Origin: Bacteroidaceae bacterium
GTDB lineage: Bacteria; Bacteroidota; Bacteroidia; Bacteroidales; Barnesiellaceae_A
Assembly (NCBI GenBank): GCA_017555825.1
Contig: JAFZFQ010000021.1
Coordinates: 64,459 to 128,458, forward strand
Direction: 5' to 3'
DNA length: 64,000 bases
The notes beneath the pieces were generated by a model. It was given only the letters and a program-made list of their open reading frames with translations. It did no database searches and was not told the DNA's origin. The translations under genes and the position numbers were made by a program. Below, piece by piece: positions 18,231 through 28,228 of the stretch; the stretch's first letter is position 1; every line of letters starts with the position of its first letter.

Positions 18231-20642
18231 ATGCTCAAGAAACTCTGTTTATTTCTCGCAATAATTACAGCGCTTACTTCGTGCGAGCGCATTGAGAAAA
18301 TAGAAAGCGACATCAACGACCTACAAAATCGCCTCGACAGCCTCGAACTGCGCGTAACAGATATCGAAAGTGCTATAGATATTTTTGAGGAACTACATGC
18401 CAATGGAGCTCTTATCAACAGCATAGAGCCCTCGGACGAGCAAGCCGGCAGTTGGGTTATCACTTTGTCCGACGGTCGTGTCATGCAAGTATACAATGGC
18501 GACCCCAAGAGCCACACACCCTACCTCAAGATAGACCAAGAGGGCTACTGGTGCTTGTCGTATGACAACGGTGCTACCTTTACACGCATCATGGACAACA
18601 ATGGCGAGCATGTAAAAGCCCCCGTTTCTATGTATATAACCACCGACGAAGAGGGTTACTACATGTTTGTAATACACTATGCCAACGACCCCGATAGTGT
18701 AATAGACATCATAAAAACATCGCACACATCCGATCCATCAAAGATTATACACTCTATCACACAGAGCGACATAGACCACTCTATAACCATCACAATGGCC
18801 GATGGTAGTAGCTTTACATTCGACAAAGAGTATATCATGCCCACCAGCATTGCCATACTCTCTACCCGACCGGTTATATTGGCATCGGGCTCTACGGCAA
18901 GCATCGAGTTCAGAGTCAATCCCTCCAATGCACTATTCAACTACAACATTGCATCCGATTCGTGCCAAATTGCACTCGACTGCATCGCCACAACTCGCGC
19001 CGGCTCGTATGTTACCACTCCTACCAACTATAAGCTGAAGGCTGTAGAGCAAGTATACAACGAACAAGGTGTAGCAAAAGAGGGACAATATCGTGCTTAT
19101 ATCGAAGACCTCAACATATCGACACTATACGACGAAGATGCAACCCTCGTGCTCTCTGTAGACAATTCTACAGGAACACCCGTGCAGATTTCGTCATCGG
19201 CATTTGGCATAAAATATACCGGCAACATCTTCACCGCCTTTGCATTCCTCAAAGAGAACAACCCCTCGCTTCCGGAGGATATGTATATCAACATCGACAA
19301 CAACTTCAACTACACCCATTGCACACCCTATAACACCGATTTAGACAAGCTCGTAGCCACATTTGAGACCAATGGCGAGAAAGTATTGGCAAACAACATT
19401 GAGCAGATAAGTGGCGTAAGTACCAACGACTTTAGCAACCCGGTTGTATACACCATCATATCGAGCAACGGCGAGGTAAATCGTTACACCATCAAGATTG
19501 TCAAGTCGGACCTTCCTGTGCTCTACATCAACACACCCAATGCAGCAACTATCCCCAACAAATATCAAGATTGGCTGGGCGACTGCACCATGCGCCTCTA
19601 CAATAGCGACGGCAGCATAGACTATGACGGAACAACCAACATAAGAGGTAGAGGCAATTCCACTTGGAACTTTGCCAAGAAGCCCTACGCACTGAAGCTC
19701 GACAGCAAGGCGTCGATACTGGGTATGCCCAAGCACAAACGCTGGGTGTTGCTGGCCAACTATCTCGACCGCACCCTGCTACGCAACCACACGGCATTCT
19801 ACATATCGACCCTTACTGACCTCGCATGGACCCCTCGCGGAGAATATGTCGAGTTGGTGCTCAATGGCGAACACAAAGGCAACTACTACTTGTGCGAACA
19901 GATAAAAATAGACGGCAATCGCGTGAACATACGTGAAATGGAGAGCACCGATACGATAGGCGAAGCCCTCACCGGCGGATACCTTCTCGAATTGGACAAG
20001 AACTACGATGAGGTGAATAAGTTCCGCTCGGAGATACGCCAATTGCCCTACATGTTCAAAGAACCCGACGAAGATGCTCTTGCAGGGCAACAGTTTGAAT
20101 ACTTGCAAAACTATATCAACAGCCTCGAAAACGAACTTTTCAATCGTTTTGAAGCTCGCGAATGGGTTTCTTATATCGACTTTACCACCTTTATAGATTG
20201 GTGGTTGGTACACGAGCTCACCAATAACGAAGAGCCCGAGCACCCCAAAAGCACCTATATGTATAAGGATATAAACGACGTATTGCGCGCCGGCCCTGTA
20301 TGGGATTTTGATTGGGGCACATTCACCCCCGACCGCTCGGCCGAATATAGCTGCATGGAGGGGCCTCTCTACTATGAGCAGTTATTCAGAGACGCCGAAT
20401 TCAAAGCACTCCTTAAAGAACGTTGGGCGCTATTGAAACCCAAGTTTGAGACCGTACCGGCATTTATCAACACCGAGAGTGTCAAGATAGAGACTTCCAA
20501 CAAGATAAACATTGCCATGTGGCCTATAAGCGAGCGCGTCAACGGTGACGAAACTATGACTTATACCGAAGCCGTAGCCCGCATGATCGAGGCCTACAAC
20601 CTCAAGTTGCAATGGCTCGACGACACTATAAACAGCCAATAA
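18231..20642 (+). CDS. CotH kinase-family lipoprotein with N-terminal coiled-coil/surface domains
   Basis: 803 aa. Lipobox ALTSC; a coiled coil (INDLQNRLDSLELRVTDIESAI); the C-terminal half is CotH-like (RGNSTWNFAKKPYALKL, KHKRWVLLANYLDRTLLRN, HPKSTYMYKD, GPVWDFDW). Confidence 0.8.
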   Translation: MLKKLCLFLAIITALTSCERIEKIESDINDLQNRLDSLELRVTDIESAIDIFEELHANGALINSIEPSDEQAGSWVITLSDGRVMQVYNGDPKSHTPYLKIDQEGYWCLSYDNGATFTRIMDNNGEHVKAPVSMYITTDEEGYYMFVIHYANDPDSVIDIIKTSHTSDPSKIIHSITQSDIDHSITITMADGSSFTFDKEYIMPTSIAILSTRPVILASGSTASIEFRVNPSNALFNYNIASDSCQIALDCIATTRAGSYVTTPTNYKLKAVEQVYNEQGVAKEGQYRAYIEDLNISTLYDEDATLVLSVDNSTGTPVQISSSAFGIKYTGNIFTAFAFLKENNPSLPEDMYINIDNNFNYTHCTPYNTDLDKLVATFETNGEKVLANNIEQISGVSTNDFSNPVVYTIISSNGEVNRYTIKIVKSDLPVLYINTPNAATIPNKYQDWLGDCTMRLYNSDGSIDYDGTTNIRGRGNSTWNFAKKPYALKLDSKASILGMPKHKRWVLLANYLDRTLLRNHTAFYISTLTDLAWTPRGEYVELVLNGEHKGNYYLCEQIKIDGNRVNIREMESTDTIGEALTGGYLLELDKNYDEVNKFRSEIRQLPYMFKEPDEDALAGQQFEYLQNYINSLENELFNRFEAREWVSYIDFTTFIDWWLVHELTNNEEPEHPKSTYMYKDINDVLRAGPVWDFDWGTFTPDRSAEYSCMEGPLYYEQLFRDAEFKALLKERWALLKPKFETVPAFINTESVKIETSNKINIAMWPISERVNGDETMTYTEAVARMIEAYNLKLQWLDDTINSQ

Positions 20643-20661
20643 TAATCAATGCGATAGAAAT

Positions 20662-20691
20662 AAAAAATCCACCCAAGAGGTGGATTTTTTT
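20662..20691 (+). terminator. rho-independent terminator after the CotH-family gene
   Basis: AAAAAATCCACC-caaga-GGTGGATTTTTTT: an A-tract, a stem and a T-tract 20 nt after the stop. Confidence 0.8.
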
Positions 20692-20727
20692 ATGAATTAT
20701 AGTTGTTGATATAGACTTGCTCGGCTA

Positions 20728-21459
20728 CTACTTCTCGCCCATATAGATGGTGCAAGCACCAAAAGTGAGACGGCGCAGGCGACAGTTCTTGAAACCTGCA
20801 GCACGAAATATATCGAGCATCTCCTCGCCTTGCGCTACGGCAGCTACCGAACGAGGCAAGTAGGTATAGGCCTGCTTGTCGCGCGACACGATACGACCCA
20901 CCAAGGGTATGATGCTATAGGTGTAGAACTTATAGAGTTGTCGCATGGGGAAGTACTCGGGTGTAGAGAGCTCTATGACACATAGCACACCACCGGGCGA
21001 TAACACACGATACATCTCGGCAAAGCCCTGCGCCAAATTCTCAAAGTTGCGCACACCATAGGCCACTGTGATGGCATCGTAGCTATTGTCGGGTAGCGAT
21101 AGTGCCAGACAGTCTTCGACCGCAAACGACACTCTATCGGCGACACCACGCTCTACAGCCTTTTCGCGAGCCACAGCCAGCATGCCGGCCGAGAGGTCTA
21201 TACCCAGCAACGACTCGGGCTTGAGTCTATTCTCGATAAGAAAAGCCAAGTCGCCCGTACCGGTAGCCACATCGAGCACACGGCGAGGCTTGTAAGCCCC
21301 CACCATATCGACCGCCTTGCGTCGCCAGATGGTATCGATGCCAAATGTCATCATGCGATTCATCACGTCGTAGGCCGGCGCAATAGAGTCGAACATATCG
21401 CGCACCTGCCCCGTCTTGGCTGCATTGGGATCGTAGGGTTTTACCTCCTCGGCTTTCAT
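20728..21459 (-). CDS. ubiE: demethylmenaquinone / ubiquinone-menaquinone methyltransferase
   Basis: 243 aa. Begins ...VRDMFDSIAPAYDVMNRMMTFG, has the SAM motif VLDVATGTGD, and the UbiE tail is ...CTIYMGEK. Confidence 0.9.
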   Translation of the reverse strand: MKAEEVKPYDPNAAKTGQVRDMFDSIAPAYDVMNRMMTFGIDTIWRRKAVDMVGAYKPRRVLDVATGTGDLAFLIENRLKPESLLGIDLSAGMLAVAREKAVERGVADRVSFAVEDCLALSLPDNSYDAITVAYGVRNFENLAQGFAEMYRVLSPGGVLCVIELSTPEYFPMRQLYKFYTYSIIPLVGRIVSRDKQAYTYLPRSVAAVAQGEEMLDIFRAAGFKNCRLRRLTFGACTIYMGEK

Positions 21460-21465
21460 ACGCTA

Positions 21466-22413
21466 TCAACGATTTTTGAGATACTCGGTAACATTACGCT
21501 CGATGCGAGCAGCAATATCGGCAACATCGGCCTTTACAAACTTCTCGCCAACGATATTCTCGTACAACTCTACATAGCGATCGGTTACGCTATCGCAATA
21601 GGCGGGAGTCATTTCGGGCACTGTTTGACCCTCTTTGCCTTGGAAACCATTGGCAATGAGCCATTGACGCACAAACTCCTTAGAGAGCTGACGTTGGTCC
21701 TCGCCCTTGGCCAAGCGCTCCTCGTAACCCTCGGCGTAGAAATAGCGTGATGAGTCGGGGGTATGAATCTCGTCAATCAAGATGATTTTGCCATCTTTTT
21801 TACCAAACTCATACTTGGTATCGACAAGGATAAGACCCTTCTCGGCAGCGATTTCGCAACCACGTTGGTAGAGTGCGAGCGTATATTTCTCCAATTGCTC
21901 ATAGTCCTCACGCGACACGATACCACGCTCTATAATCTCGGCTTTTGAAATATCTTCGTCGTGACCTTCATCGGCCTTGGTTGTGGGTGTGATGATGGGT
22001 TGGGGGAACTTCTCGTTCTCGCGCATACCCTCGGGCATGGGCTCGCCACAGATAGTGCGTTTGCCCTCTTTATATTCGCGCCACGCATGACCTGTAAGAT
22101 AGCCACGCACCACCATCTCAACCTTGAAAGGCTCACAGCGCACACCTACAGTTACCATGGGGTCGGGTGTAGCCATCTTCCAGTTGGGAACAATATCGGC
22201 AGTAGCGTCGAGGAACTTGGCAGCTATTTGATTCAACACTTGACCTTTATAAGGAATACCCTCGGGCAAGATAACATCGAATGCCGAGATACGGTCGCTG
22301 GCTACCATTACCAAGAGTTCGTCGTCGATGTTATATACATCGCGCACTTTGCCATGATATACACCCTTCTGTCCGGGGAAGTTGAAGTCTGTTTTTACTA
22401 ATGCGTTGCTCAT
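21466..22413 (-). CDS. purC: phosphoribosylaminoimidazole-succinocarboxamide synthase
   Basis: 315 aa, long-form SAICAR synthase: [24 protein letters not shown]. Confidence 0.9.
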   Translation of the reverse strand: MSNALVKTDFNFPGQKGVYHGKVRDVYNIDDELLVMVASDRISAFDVILPEGIPYKGQVLNQIAAKFLDATADIVPNWKMATPDPMVTVGVRCEPFKVEMVVRGYLTGHAWREYKEGKRTICGEPMPEGMRENEKFPQPIITPTTKADEGHDEDISKAEIIERGIVSREDYEQLEKYTLALYQRGCEIAAEKGLILVDTKYEFGKKDGKIILIDEIHTPDSSRYFYAEGYEERLAKGEDQRQLSKEFVRQWLIANGFQGKEGQTVPEMTPAYCDSVTDRYVELYENIVGEKFVKADVADIAARIERNVTEYLKNR

Positions 22414-22425
22414 TGTATTAAGTAT

Positions 22426-23451
22426 TTAATTGTTATTGTTTTCTGATTGATTTTCTGCCTCCGATTTCTCGGCAGCTTGCGCCATGCGACGCTCTTCTCT
22501 TTCGCGCTTGGCCTGCTCGTCGTGCTGCTCATAGGCCTCGACAATGCGTTGTACAAGTTTGTGGCGCACAATATCTTTCTTGCAGAACTCTATGCGACCC
22601 ACACCTTTTACACGCGAGAGTATGCGCACTGCTTGCACCAAGCCCGACACTTGTTGAGCCGGCAAGTCTATCTGCGTCATATCGCCGGTTATTATCATCT
22701 TGGCATTCATACCCAAACGAGTGAGGAACATCTTCATTTGGTGTGTAGTGGTATTCTGAGCCTCGTCGAGTATGATAACAGCATCGCTGAGTGTGCGACC
22801 ACGCATGAAGGCCAAGGGGGCAATCTGTATGATATTGGTCTCCATAAACTCCTTGAGTTTGAGAGGCGGTATCATGTCTTGCAAGGCATCGTATAGCGGT
22901 TGCAAATAGGGGTCGATTTTGTCCTTCATATCGCCGGGCAAGAAACCGAGCTTCTCACCAGCCTCTACAGCAGGTCTACTCAAAATAATGCGCTTCACCT
23001 CTTTGTTTTTCAACGCCTTTACAGCCAATGCAATAGCTACATAGGTCTTACCCGAGCCGGCAGGGCCCAAGGCAAAGACAAGATCGTTCTCCTCAAAAGC
23101 CTTGACCAACTTCTGTTGATTGACCGATCGTGCGGTAATGGGCTTGCCATTGACGCCATAGATAATGAGGTCGTCGTCGCGCTTTACGGTAATGGGTCTT
23201 TCGCCCTTGATGATAGTAACTATAACCTCTTCATTGAGGGTATTGTGCTCTTCGCAGTATGATATGAGCTGCTGTATCTTTTCTTGAAACAAAGCAGTCT
23301 CCAACTCATCGCCCATGACCTTGAGCACATTACCACGTGCCACAAGTCGCAACTTGGGAAACAAGTTCTTCACACACTGTATATTGCAGTTATTTACTCC
23401 GTAAAATAGTACAGGGTCTACACCCTCAAGAATTATTATGCGTTCTATCAT
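22426..23451 (-). CDS. phoH: PhoH family ATPase
   Basis: 341 aa. Walker A is GPAGSGKTY and Walker B is VIILDEAQN. The C-terminal tail is acidic/basic. Confidence 0.9.
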   Translation of the reverse strand: MIERIIILEGVDPVLFYGVNNCNIQCVKNLFPKLRLVARGNVLKVMGDELETALFQEKIQQLISYCEEHNTLNEEVIVTIIKGERPITVKRDDDLIIYGVNGKPITARSVNQQKLVKAFEENDLVFALGPAGSGKTYVAIALAVKALKNKEVKRIILSRPAVEAGEKLGFLPGDMKDKIDPYLQPLYDALQDMIPPLKLKEFMETNIIQIAPLAFMRGRTLSDAVIILDEAQNTTTHQMKMFLTRLGMNAKMIITGDMTQIDLPAQQVSGLVQAVRILSRVKGVGRIEFCKKDIVRHKLVQRIVEAYEQHDEQAKREREERRMAQAAEKSEAENQSENNNN

Positions 23452-23486
23452 TTATCTTCCGTTCGACTCTTTATTCTTTATAAGTG

Positions 23487-23585
23487 CAAAGATAATGATA
23501 AGCGAGCGAGAAATATCAAGTTTACTTGAATATTTTTCACAGCGAGCGAAAGTATATTCCCGGTAAACTTCAAAGACAATGAAAG
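23487..23585. repeat. single diverged copy of the ~85-bp intergenic element (promoter box + hairpin + T-tract)
   Basis: CAAAGATAATGATAAGCGAGCGAGAAATATCAAGTTTACTTGAATATTTTTCACAGCGAGCGAAAGTAT... aligns along its whole length with the tandem units at 38584-38765 (roughly three quarters identical by eye). Confidence 0.75.
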
Positions 23586-23623
23586 AAGAGCAAAAACGTG
23601 TACTTATATTTCTCTTTTTAACA

Positions 23624-24706
23624 CTACTCGCGCATATTCTTTTTTTCGATATGCTCATGATACAACTCCGTGAGACGCGACACGGCATATTGTTCAACAT
23701 CGGCACGAGCTATGGGTTGCAAGTGCGACAATGAGGCCGGATAACGCTCCACCTCGACCGTATAGAATGTAGCATGAATGATGCGATGCGTGAGCACATG
23801 GCGACAAGAATAGGGCTGACCTACAAATGTAACTTTCCCCACTCCATCGAAGAGTTTGCGATACTTGTCGGTGTGGCAAATATCGATAAAATGGGCGTTT
23901 TCGTCGGTTTCGATAAGCGGATACTCATACAGATTGCGCCATATATCTTTTCCCTCGCGGCGTTGCAACCACGTCGCCTCGCCACACGACAGGACAAAGT
24001 AGTGAAAATAGCGCGATTTCATCGAAACCTTGCCTTGCTTGACCGGCAATTGCGACACCGTGTGCGAGGCATGTGCAACACAAACATCTTGCAACGGACA
24101 CGCACTACAATCGCATGCTCCGGGCGTACACTGCAGGGCACCAAACTCCATAATAGACTGATTATAAAGACCTGGATGCTCACGATGCAACAGCGTCTGA
24201 GCCAACTCGGCATAGTAACGCTTGCCAGCCGGCGTATCAATAGGAATATCGACACCAAAGAGACGCGAGAGCACTCGATACACGTTTCCATCGACAACAG
24301 CATGAGGCAAGTCAAATGCTATAGAGGCAATTGCCGCTGCGGTATAGTCGCCCACCCCCTTGAGTGAACGAATATCGGAAAAATTCGATGGAAAGAGGCC
24401 TTCGAAGCGCTCCATTATATCCTTGGCAGCAGCGTGCATATTGCGCGCACGGCTATAATATCCCAAGCCCTGCCAATACTTCATCACCTCGTCTTCATGA
24501 GCCGAAGCCAAAGCCTCAACACAAGGAAATCTTTCGATGAAACGGAGGTAATAGTCATACCCTTGCGCCACACGAGTCTGTTGCAAAATAATCTCCGACA
24601 CCCATATACAATAGGCATCGCGTGTGGCACGCCAAGGCAACTCGCGAGCATGCGTGTTATACCACTGCTCAAGTTTGGCAATTATTACTTTGTTTACCTC
24701 TTCCAT
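23624..24706 (-). CDS. mutY: A/G-specific adenine DNA glycosylase
   Basis: HhH-GPD core (LPWR...YCIWVSEIILQQT), a 4Fe-4S cluster loop C..C..C..C (CTPGACDCSACPLQDVC), and a NUDIX-like C-terminal domain. The start is set at MEEVNK; the ORF track extends to 24745. Confidence 0.9.
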   Translation of the reverse strand: MEEVNKVIIAKLEQWYNTHARELPWRATRDAYCIWVSEIILQQTRVAQGYDYYLRFIERFPCVEALASAHEDEVMKYWQGLGYYSRARNMHAAAKDIMERFEGLFPSNFSDIRSLKGVGDYTAAAIASIAFDLPHAVVDGNVYRVLSRLFGVDIPIDTPAGKRYYAELAQTLLHREHPGLYNQSIMEFGALQCTPGACDCSACPLQDVCVAHASHTVSQLPVKQGKVSMKSRYFHYFVLSCGEATWLQRREGKDIWRNLYEYPLIETDENAHFIDICHTDKYRKLFDGVGKVTFVGQPYSCRHVLTHRIIHATFYTVEVERYPASLSHLQPIARADVEQYAVSRLTELYHEHIEKKNMRE

Positions 24707-25094
24707 AGTTGTAGCAAAAATAGATATTCTATTGCGATACACCAAGTATTGCGATAGAAATAAAAAGAATTAACGCATTGCAACACTATTCTACAAAAAG
24801 ACACAATATGTTAAAAGAAACAACCGATTAAAAGAAATATTGTTAAAACAGAGCTATTTTTTAATACAGAATTTTGTCTTTTCAAAACTGAGTTCTATAT
24901 TTGTATCAGTTTTTTCATAGTATTAGATTGTAAAGTTTTAAAGCAACTCCTGAGCCGTCGTGAGACGGCTCACGTTGTTTAATGGCATAGGAAAAAGAAG
25001 GTCGATAATACACAAAAGTCAAAAAATCATATCACATACACATTTAACTATAAAATTTGTGTTCTAAAAGCGTGGGAAATCGCGCAGTTTTTTG

Positions 25095-25102
25095 TACTTT
25101 TG
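25095..25102 (+). promoter_or_regulatory. -7 box TACTTTTG upstream of the hut operon
   Basis: Exact TAnnTTTG match ~107 nt upstream of the hutU ATG, implying a ~100-nt leader. Confidence 0.4.
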
Positions 25103-25208
25103 CGCTACAACTGAAGATGGGCATGCGCCTCGACAATAAAAGTGCATTGTAGAAGTAGCGCACCTATCTGCTGGTGAAGTAATTAATCATCCTTAATATA
25201 CTAAAAAT

Positions 25209-27203
25209 ATGGAACTCACATTACCTAATGTATTGCCCGACTATCCTACATTTGTCGAAGGCATACGTCGTGCGCCCGACCGTGGCTACAAACTTACACC
25301 TGAACAAACCGAAGTAGCATTGAAAAATGCCTTGCGCTACATTCCTGAAGAATTGCATGCCGAGTTGGCACCCGAATTCATGAATGAGTTGCTCACACGA
25401 GGCAAAATTTATGGCTACCGTTTCCGTCCTCAAGGTGACTTGAAAGCCAAGTCAATCGACGAATACAAAGGAAAATGTATCGAAGGTAAAGCATTCCAAG
25501 TAATGATCGACAACAACCTCTGCTTCGACATTGCTCTCTACCCCTATGAGTTGGTAACTTATGGCGAGACAGGTCAAGTATGTCAAAACTGGATGCAATA
25601 CCGCCTCATCATGCAATATCTCGAAGAGCTCACTCAAGACCAAACATTGGTTGTAGAGTCGGGTCACCCTCTCGGTCTCTTCAAGTCAAAACCCGATGCA
25701 CCCCGCGTTATTATCACCAACTCTATGATGGTGGGTCTCTTTGACAACCAAAAAGACTGGGAAATTGCCGCACAAATGGGTGTTGCCAACTATGGCCAAA
25801 TGACAGCCGGTGGTTGGATGTACATTGGTCCTCAAGGTATCGTACACGGTACATTCAATACATTGTTGAATGCCGGTCGCATGAAATTGGGCGTACCCCA
25901 AGACGGCGACTTGCGTGGCCACCTCTTCGTTTCGTCGGGTCTCGGTGGTATGAGTGGCGCTCAACCCAAAGCAGCCGACATTGCCGGTGCTGCATCGATC
26001 ATTGCCGAGGTAGACTACTCACGTATCGTTACTCGTCATACCCAAGGTTGGGTACAACACATCACCGACGATATGGGCGAAGCCTTCCGCATGGCGCAAG
26101 AGGCAGTAGAGCGCAAAGAGCCCTGCTCTATCGCATTCCACGGTAACGTTGTAGACTTGCTCGAGTATGCAGCCGAGAACAACATACACATCGAATTGCT
26201 CAGCGACCAAACATCATGTCACGCAGTGTATGAAGGTGGTTACTGTCCTGCCGGTATCTCATTCGAGGAGCGCACACGCCTCTTGAAAGAAGACCGCGAG
26301 GAGTTCTGTCGCCAAGTAAACGCTACACTCGTGCGCCACTTCAACGTTATCAAGACATTGGTATCACGTGGCACATACTTCTTTGACTATGGCAACGCCT
26401 TTATGAAGTCGGTATACGATGCCGGTGTAATGGAAATTTCGCGCAACGGATACGACGAGAAAGATGGCTTTATCTGGCCCTCATACGTAGAGGATATTAT
26501 GGGTCCCGAGTTGTTCGACTACGGCTATGGTCCCTTCCGTTGGGTATGTCTCAGTGGCAAACACGAAGACTTGATAAAGACCGACAAGGCTGCCATGGAC
26601 TGCATCGACAAGAATCGTCGTGGCCAAGACCTCGACAACTGGATATGGATACGCGATGCCGAGAAAAACAACCTCGTTGTAGGTACACAAGCTCGCATCC
26701 TCTATCAAGATGCATTGGGTCGTATGAATATCGCATTGAAATTTAACGAAATGGTGCGCAACGGCGAGGTAGGCCCCATCATGTTGGGTCGCGACCACCA
26801 CGACGTGAGCGGTACTGACTCACCCTTCCGCGAGACATCAAACATCAAAGACGGTAGTAACGTAATGGCCGATATGGCTGTACAATGCTTTGCCGGTAAC
26901 TGTGCCCGTGGTATGAGCCTTGTAGCATTGCACAACGGTGGTGGTGTAGGTATCGGTAAGTCTATCAACGGTGGTTTCGGTATGGTATGCGACGGCTCGG
27001 AGCGTGTAGACGAAATCTTGCGTTCGTCAATGCTATGGGACGTAATGGGCGGTGTTGCCCGTCGTTCATGGGCTCGCAACATCCACGCTATGGAGACAAC
27101 CGACGAGTTCAACCGCACAATGCCCGGCTATGACATCACAATGCCCTACATCGCCGACGACCAATTGGTGAAAAACGTCATTAAAGAAGCATTAAATAAA
27201 TAA
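25209..27203 (+). CDS. hutU: urocanate hydratase
   Basis: 664 aa, long-form urocanase. Conserved blocks include GGMSGAQP and GRDHHDVSGTDSPFRETSN. Confidence 0.95.
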   Translation: MELTLPNVLPDYPTFVEGIRRAPDRGYKLTPEQTEVALKNALRYIPEELHAELAPEFMNELLTRGKIYGYRFRPQGDLKAKSIDEYKGKCIEGKAFQVMIDNNLCFDIALYPYELVTYGETGQVCQNWMQYRLIMQYLEELTQDQTLVVESGHPLGLFKSKPDAPRVIITNSMMVGLFDNQKDWEIAAQMGVANYGQMTAGGWMYIGPQGIVHGTFNTLLNAGRMKLGVPQDGDLRGHLFVSSGLGGMSGAQPKAADIAGAASIIAEVDYSRIVTRHTQGWVQHITDDMGEAFRMAQEAVERKEPCSIAFHGNVVDLLEYAAENNIHIELLSDQTSCHAVYEGGYCPAGISFEERTRLLKEDREEFCRQVNATLVRHFNVIKTLVSRGTYFFDYGNAFMKSVYDAGVMEISRNGYDEKDGFIWPSYVEDIMGPELFDYGYGPFRWVCLSGKHEDLIKTDKAAMDCIDKNRRGQDLDNWIWIRDAEKNNLVVGTQARILYQDALGRMNIALKFNEMVRNGEVGPIMLGRDHHDVSGTDSPFRETSNIKDGSNVMADMAVQCFAGNCARGMSLVALHNGGGVGIGKSINGGFGMVCDGSERVDEILRSSMLWDVMGGVARRSWARNIHAMETTDEFNRTMPGYDITMPYIADDQLVKNVIKEALNK

Positions 27204-27240
27204 TAGAATAAAATTTAACCTATAAAGACTTTTTAAAACT

Positions 27241-28143
27241 ATGAGTTGGAGTAAAATTATGGAGTGCGTGCCCAATTTCAGCGAGGGCCGCGACTTGGAG
27301 AAAATTGAGAAAATCGTATCGGCATTCCGCGCCAAAGAAGGTGTAAAATTGCTCGATTATAGCAACGATACCGACCACAACCGTTGCGTTGTGACAGTAG
27401 TAGGTGAGCCCGAGGCATTGAAAGCTGCCGTTCTTGAGGCTGTAGGTACAGCCGTTGAGCTCATCGACCTCAACAAACACGAGGGTCAACACCCCCGTAT
27501 GGGTGCTGTAGACGTTGTGCCTTTCATCCCCATCAAGGGTTGCACAATGGAAGATGCAGTAGCTATGTCAAAAGAAGTAGGTGCTAAGATTGCCGAGCTC
27601 TATAACTTGCCCGTATTCTTGTATGAGAAATCGGCTTCGGCTCCCTATCGTGAAAACCTTGCTGCAGTGCGCAAAGGCGAGTTTGAGGGTATGGCCGAGA
27701 AGATCAAACAACCCGAGTGGGCTCCCGACTTTGGTCCCGCCGAGCGTCACGCTACTGCCGGTACTGTTGCCGTAGGTGCTCGTATGCCTTTGGTTGCTTT
27801 CAACATCAACCTCAACACTCCCAGCCTCGACATCGCACACAGCATCGCCAAGCGCATCCGCTTCATCGGTGGTGGTTTGCGTTTCTGCAAGGCTATGGGT
27901 GTAGACCTTACAGAGCGTGGCATCACTCAAGTAAGTATCAACATGACCGACTATAGCAAGACAGCTCTCTACCAAGCATTTGAGATGGTAAAATATGAGG
28001 CTCGTCGTTACGGTGTGAGCATCGTAGGTAGCGAAATCATCGGTCTCGTGCCCATGGCTGCTCTTATCGATACTGCCGAGTACTACCTCGCTATCGAGAA
28101 CTTCTCGATGGATCAAGTACTCGAATCTCGCATCATGGAGTAA
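27241..28143 (+). CDS. ftcD: glutamate formimidoyltransferase
   Basis: 300 aa. The N-terminal ECVPNFSEGRD is the hallmark of the FTCD N-domain. Confidence 0.9.
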   Translation: MSWSKIMECVPNFSEGRDLEKIEKIVSAFRAKEGVKLLDYSNDTDHNRCVVTVVGEPEALKAAVLEAVGTAVELIDLNKHEGQHPRMGAVDVVPFIPIKGCTMEDAVAMSKEVGAKIAELYNLPVFLYEKSASAPYRENLAAVRKGEFEGMAEKIKQPEWAPDFGPAERHATAGTVAVGARMPLVAFNINLNTPSLDIAHSIAKRIRFIGGGLRFCKAMGVDLTERGITQVSINMTDYSKTALYQAFEMVKYEARRYGVSIVGSEIIGLVPMAALIDTAEYYLAIENFSMDQVLESRIME

Positions 28144-28228
28144 TATCATTTATTAACACATTGTGCCAAAGAGATATAGGACACCACTCGGTGGCCTGTA
28201 TCTCTTTAGCCGATAATAATAATAGAAC

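Noticed and set aside
20650-20666. 17-nt exact match TGCGATAGAAATAAAAA, also present at 24750-24766
   Set aside because: The sequence is A-rich. A single 17-mer coincidence in 64 kb (both strands) is within roughly chance expectation, and there is no flanking similarity.
23452-23706. 84-aa minus-strand ORF spanning the mutY-phoH spacer
   Set aside because: It overlaps the 3' end of mutY and the dispersed repeat element. It has a low-complexity, Cys/Ser/Ile-rich sequence and no promoter of its own.
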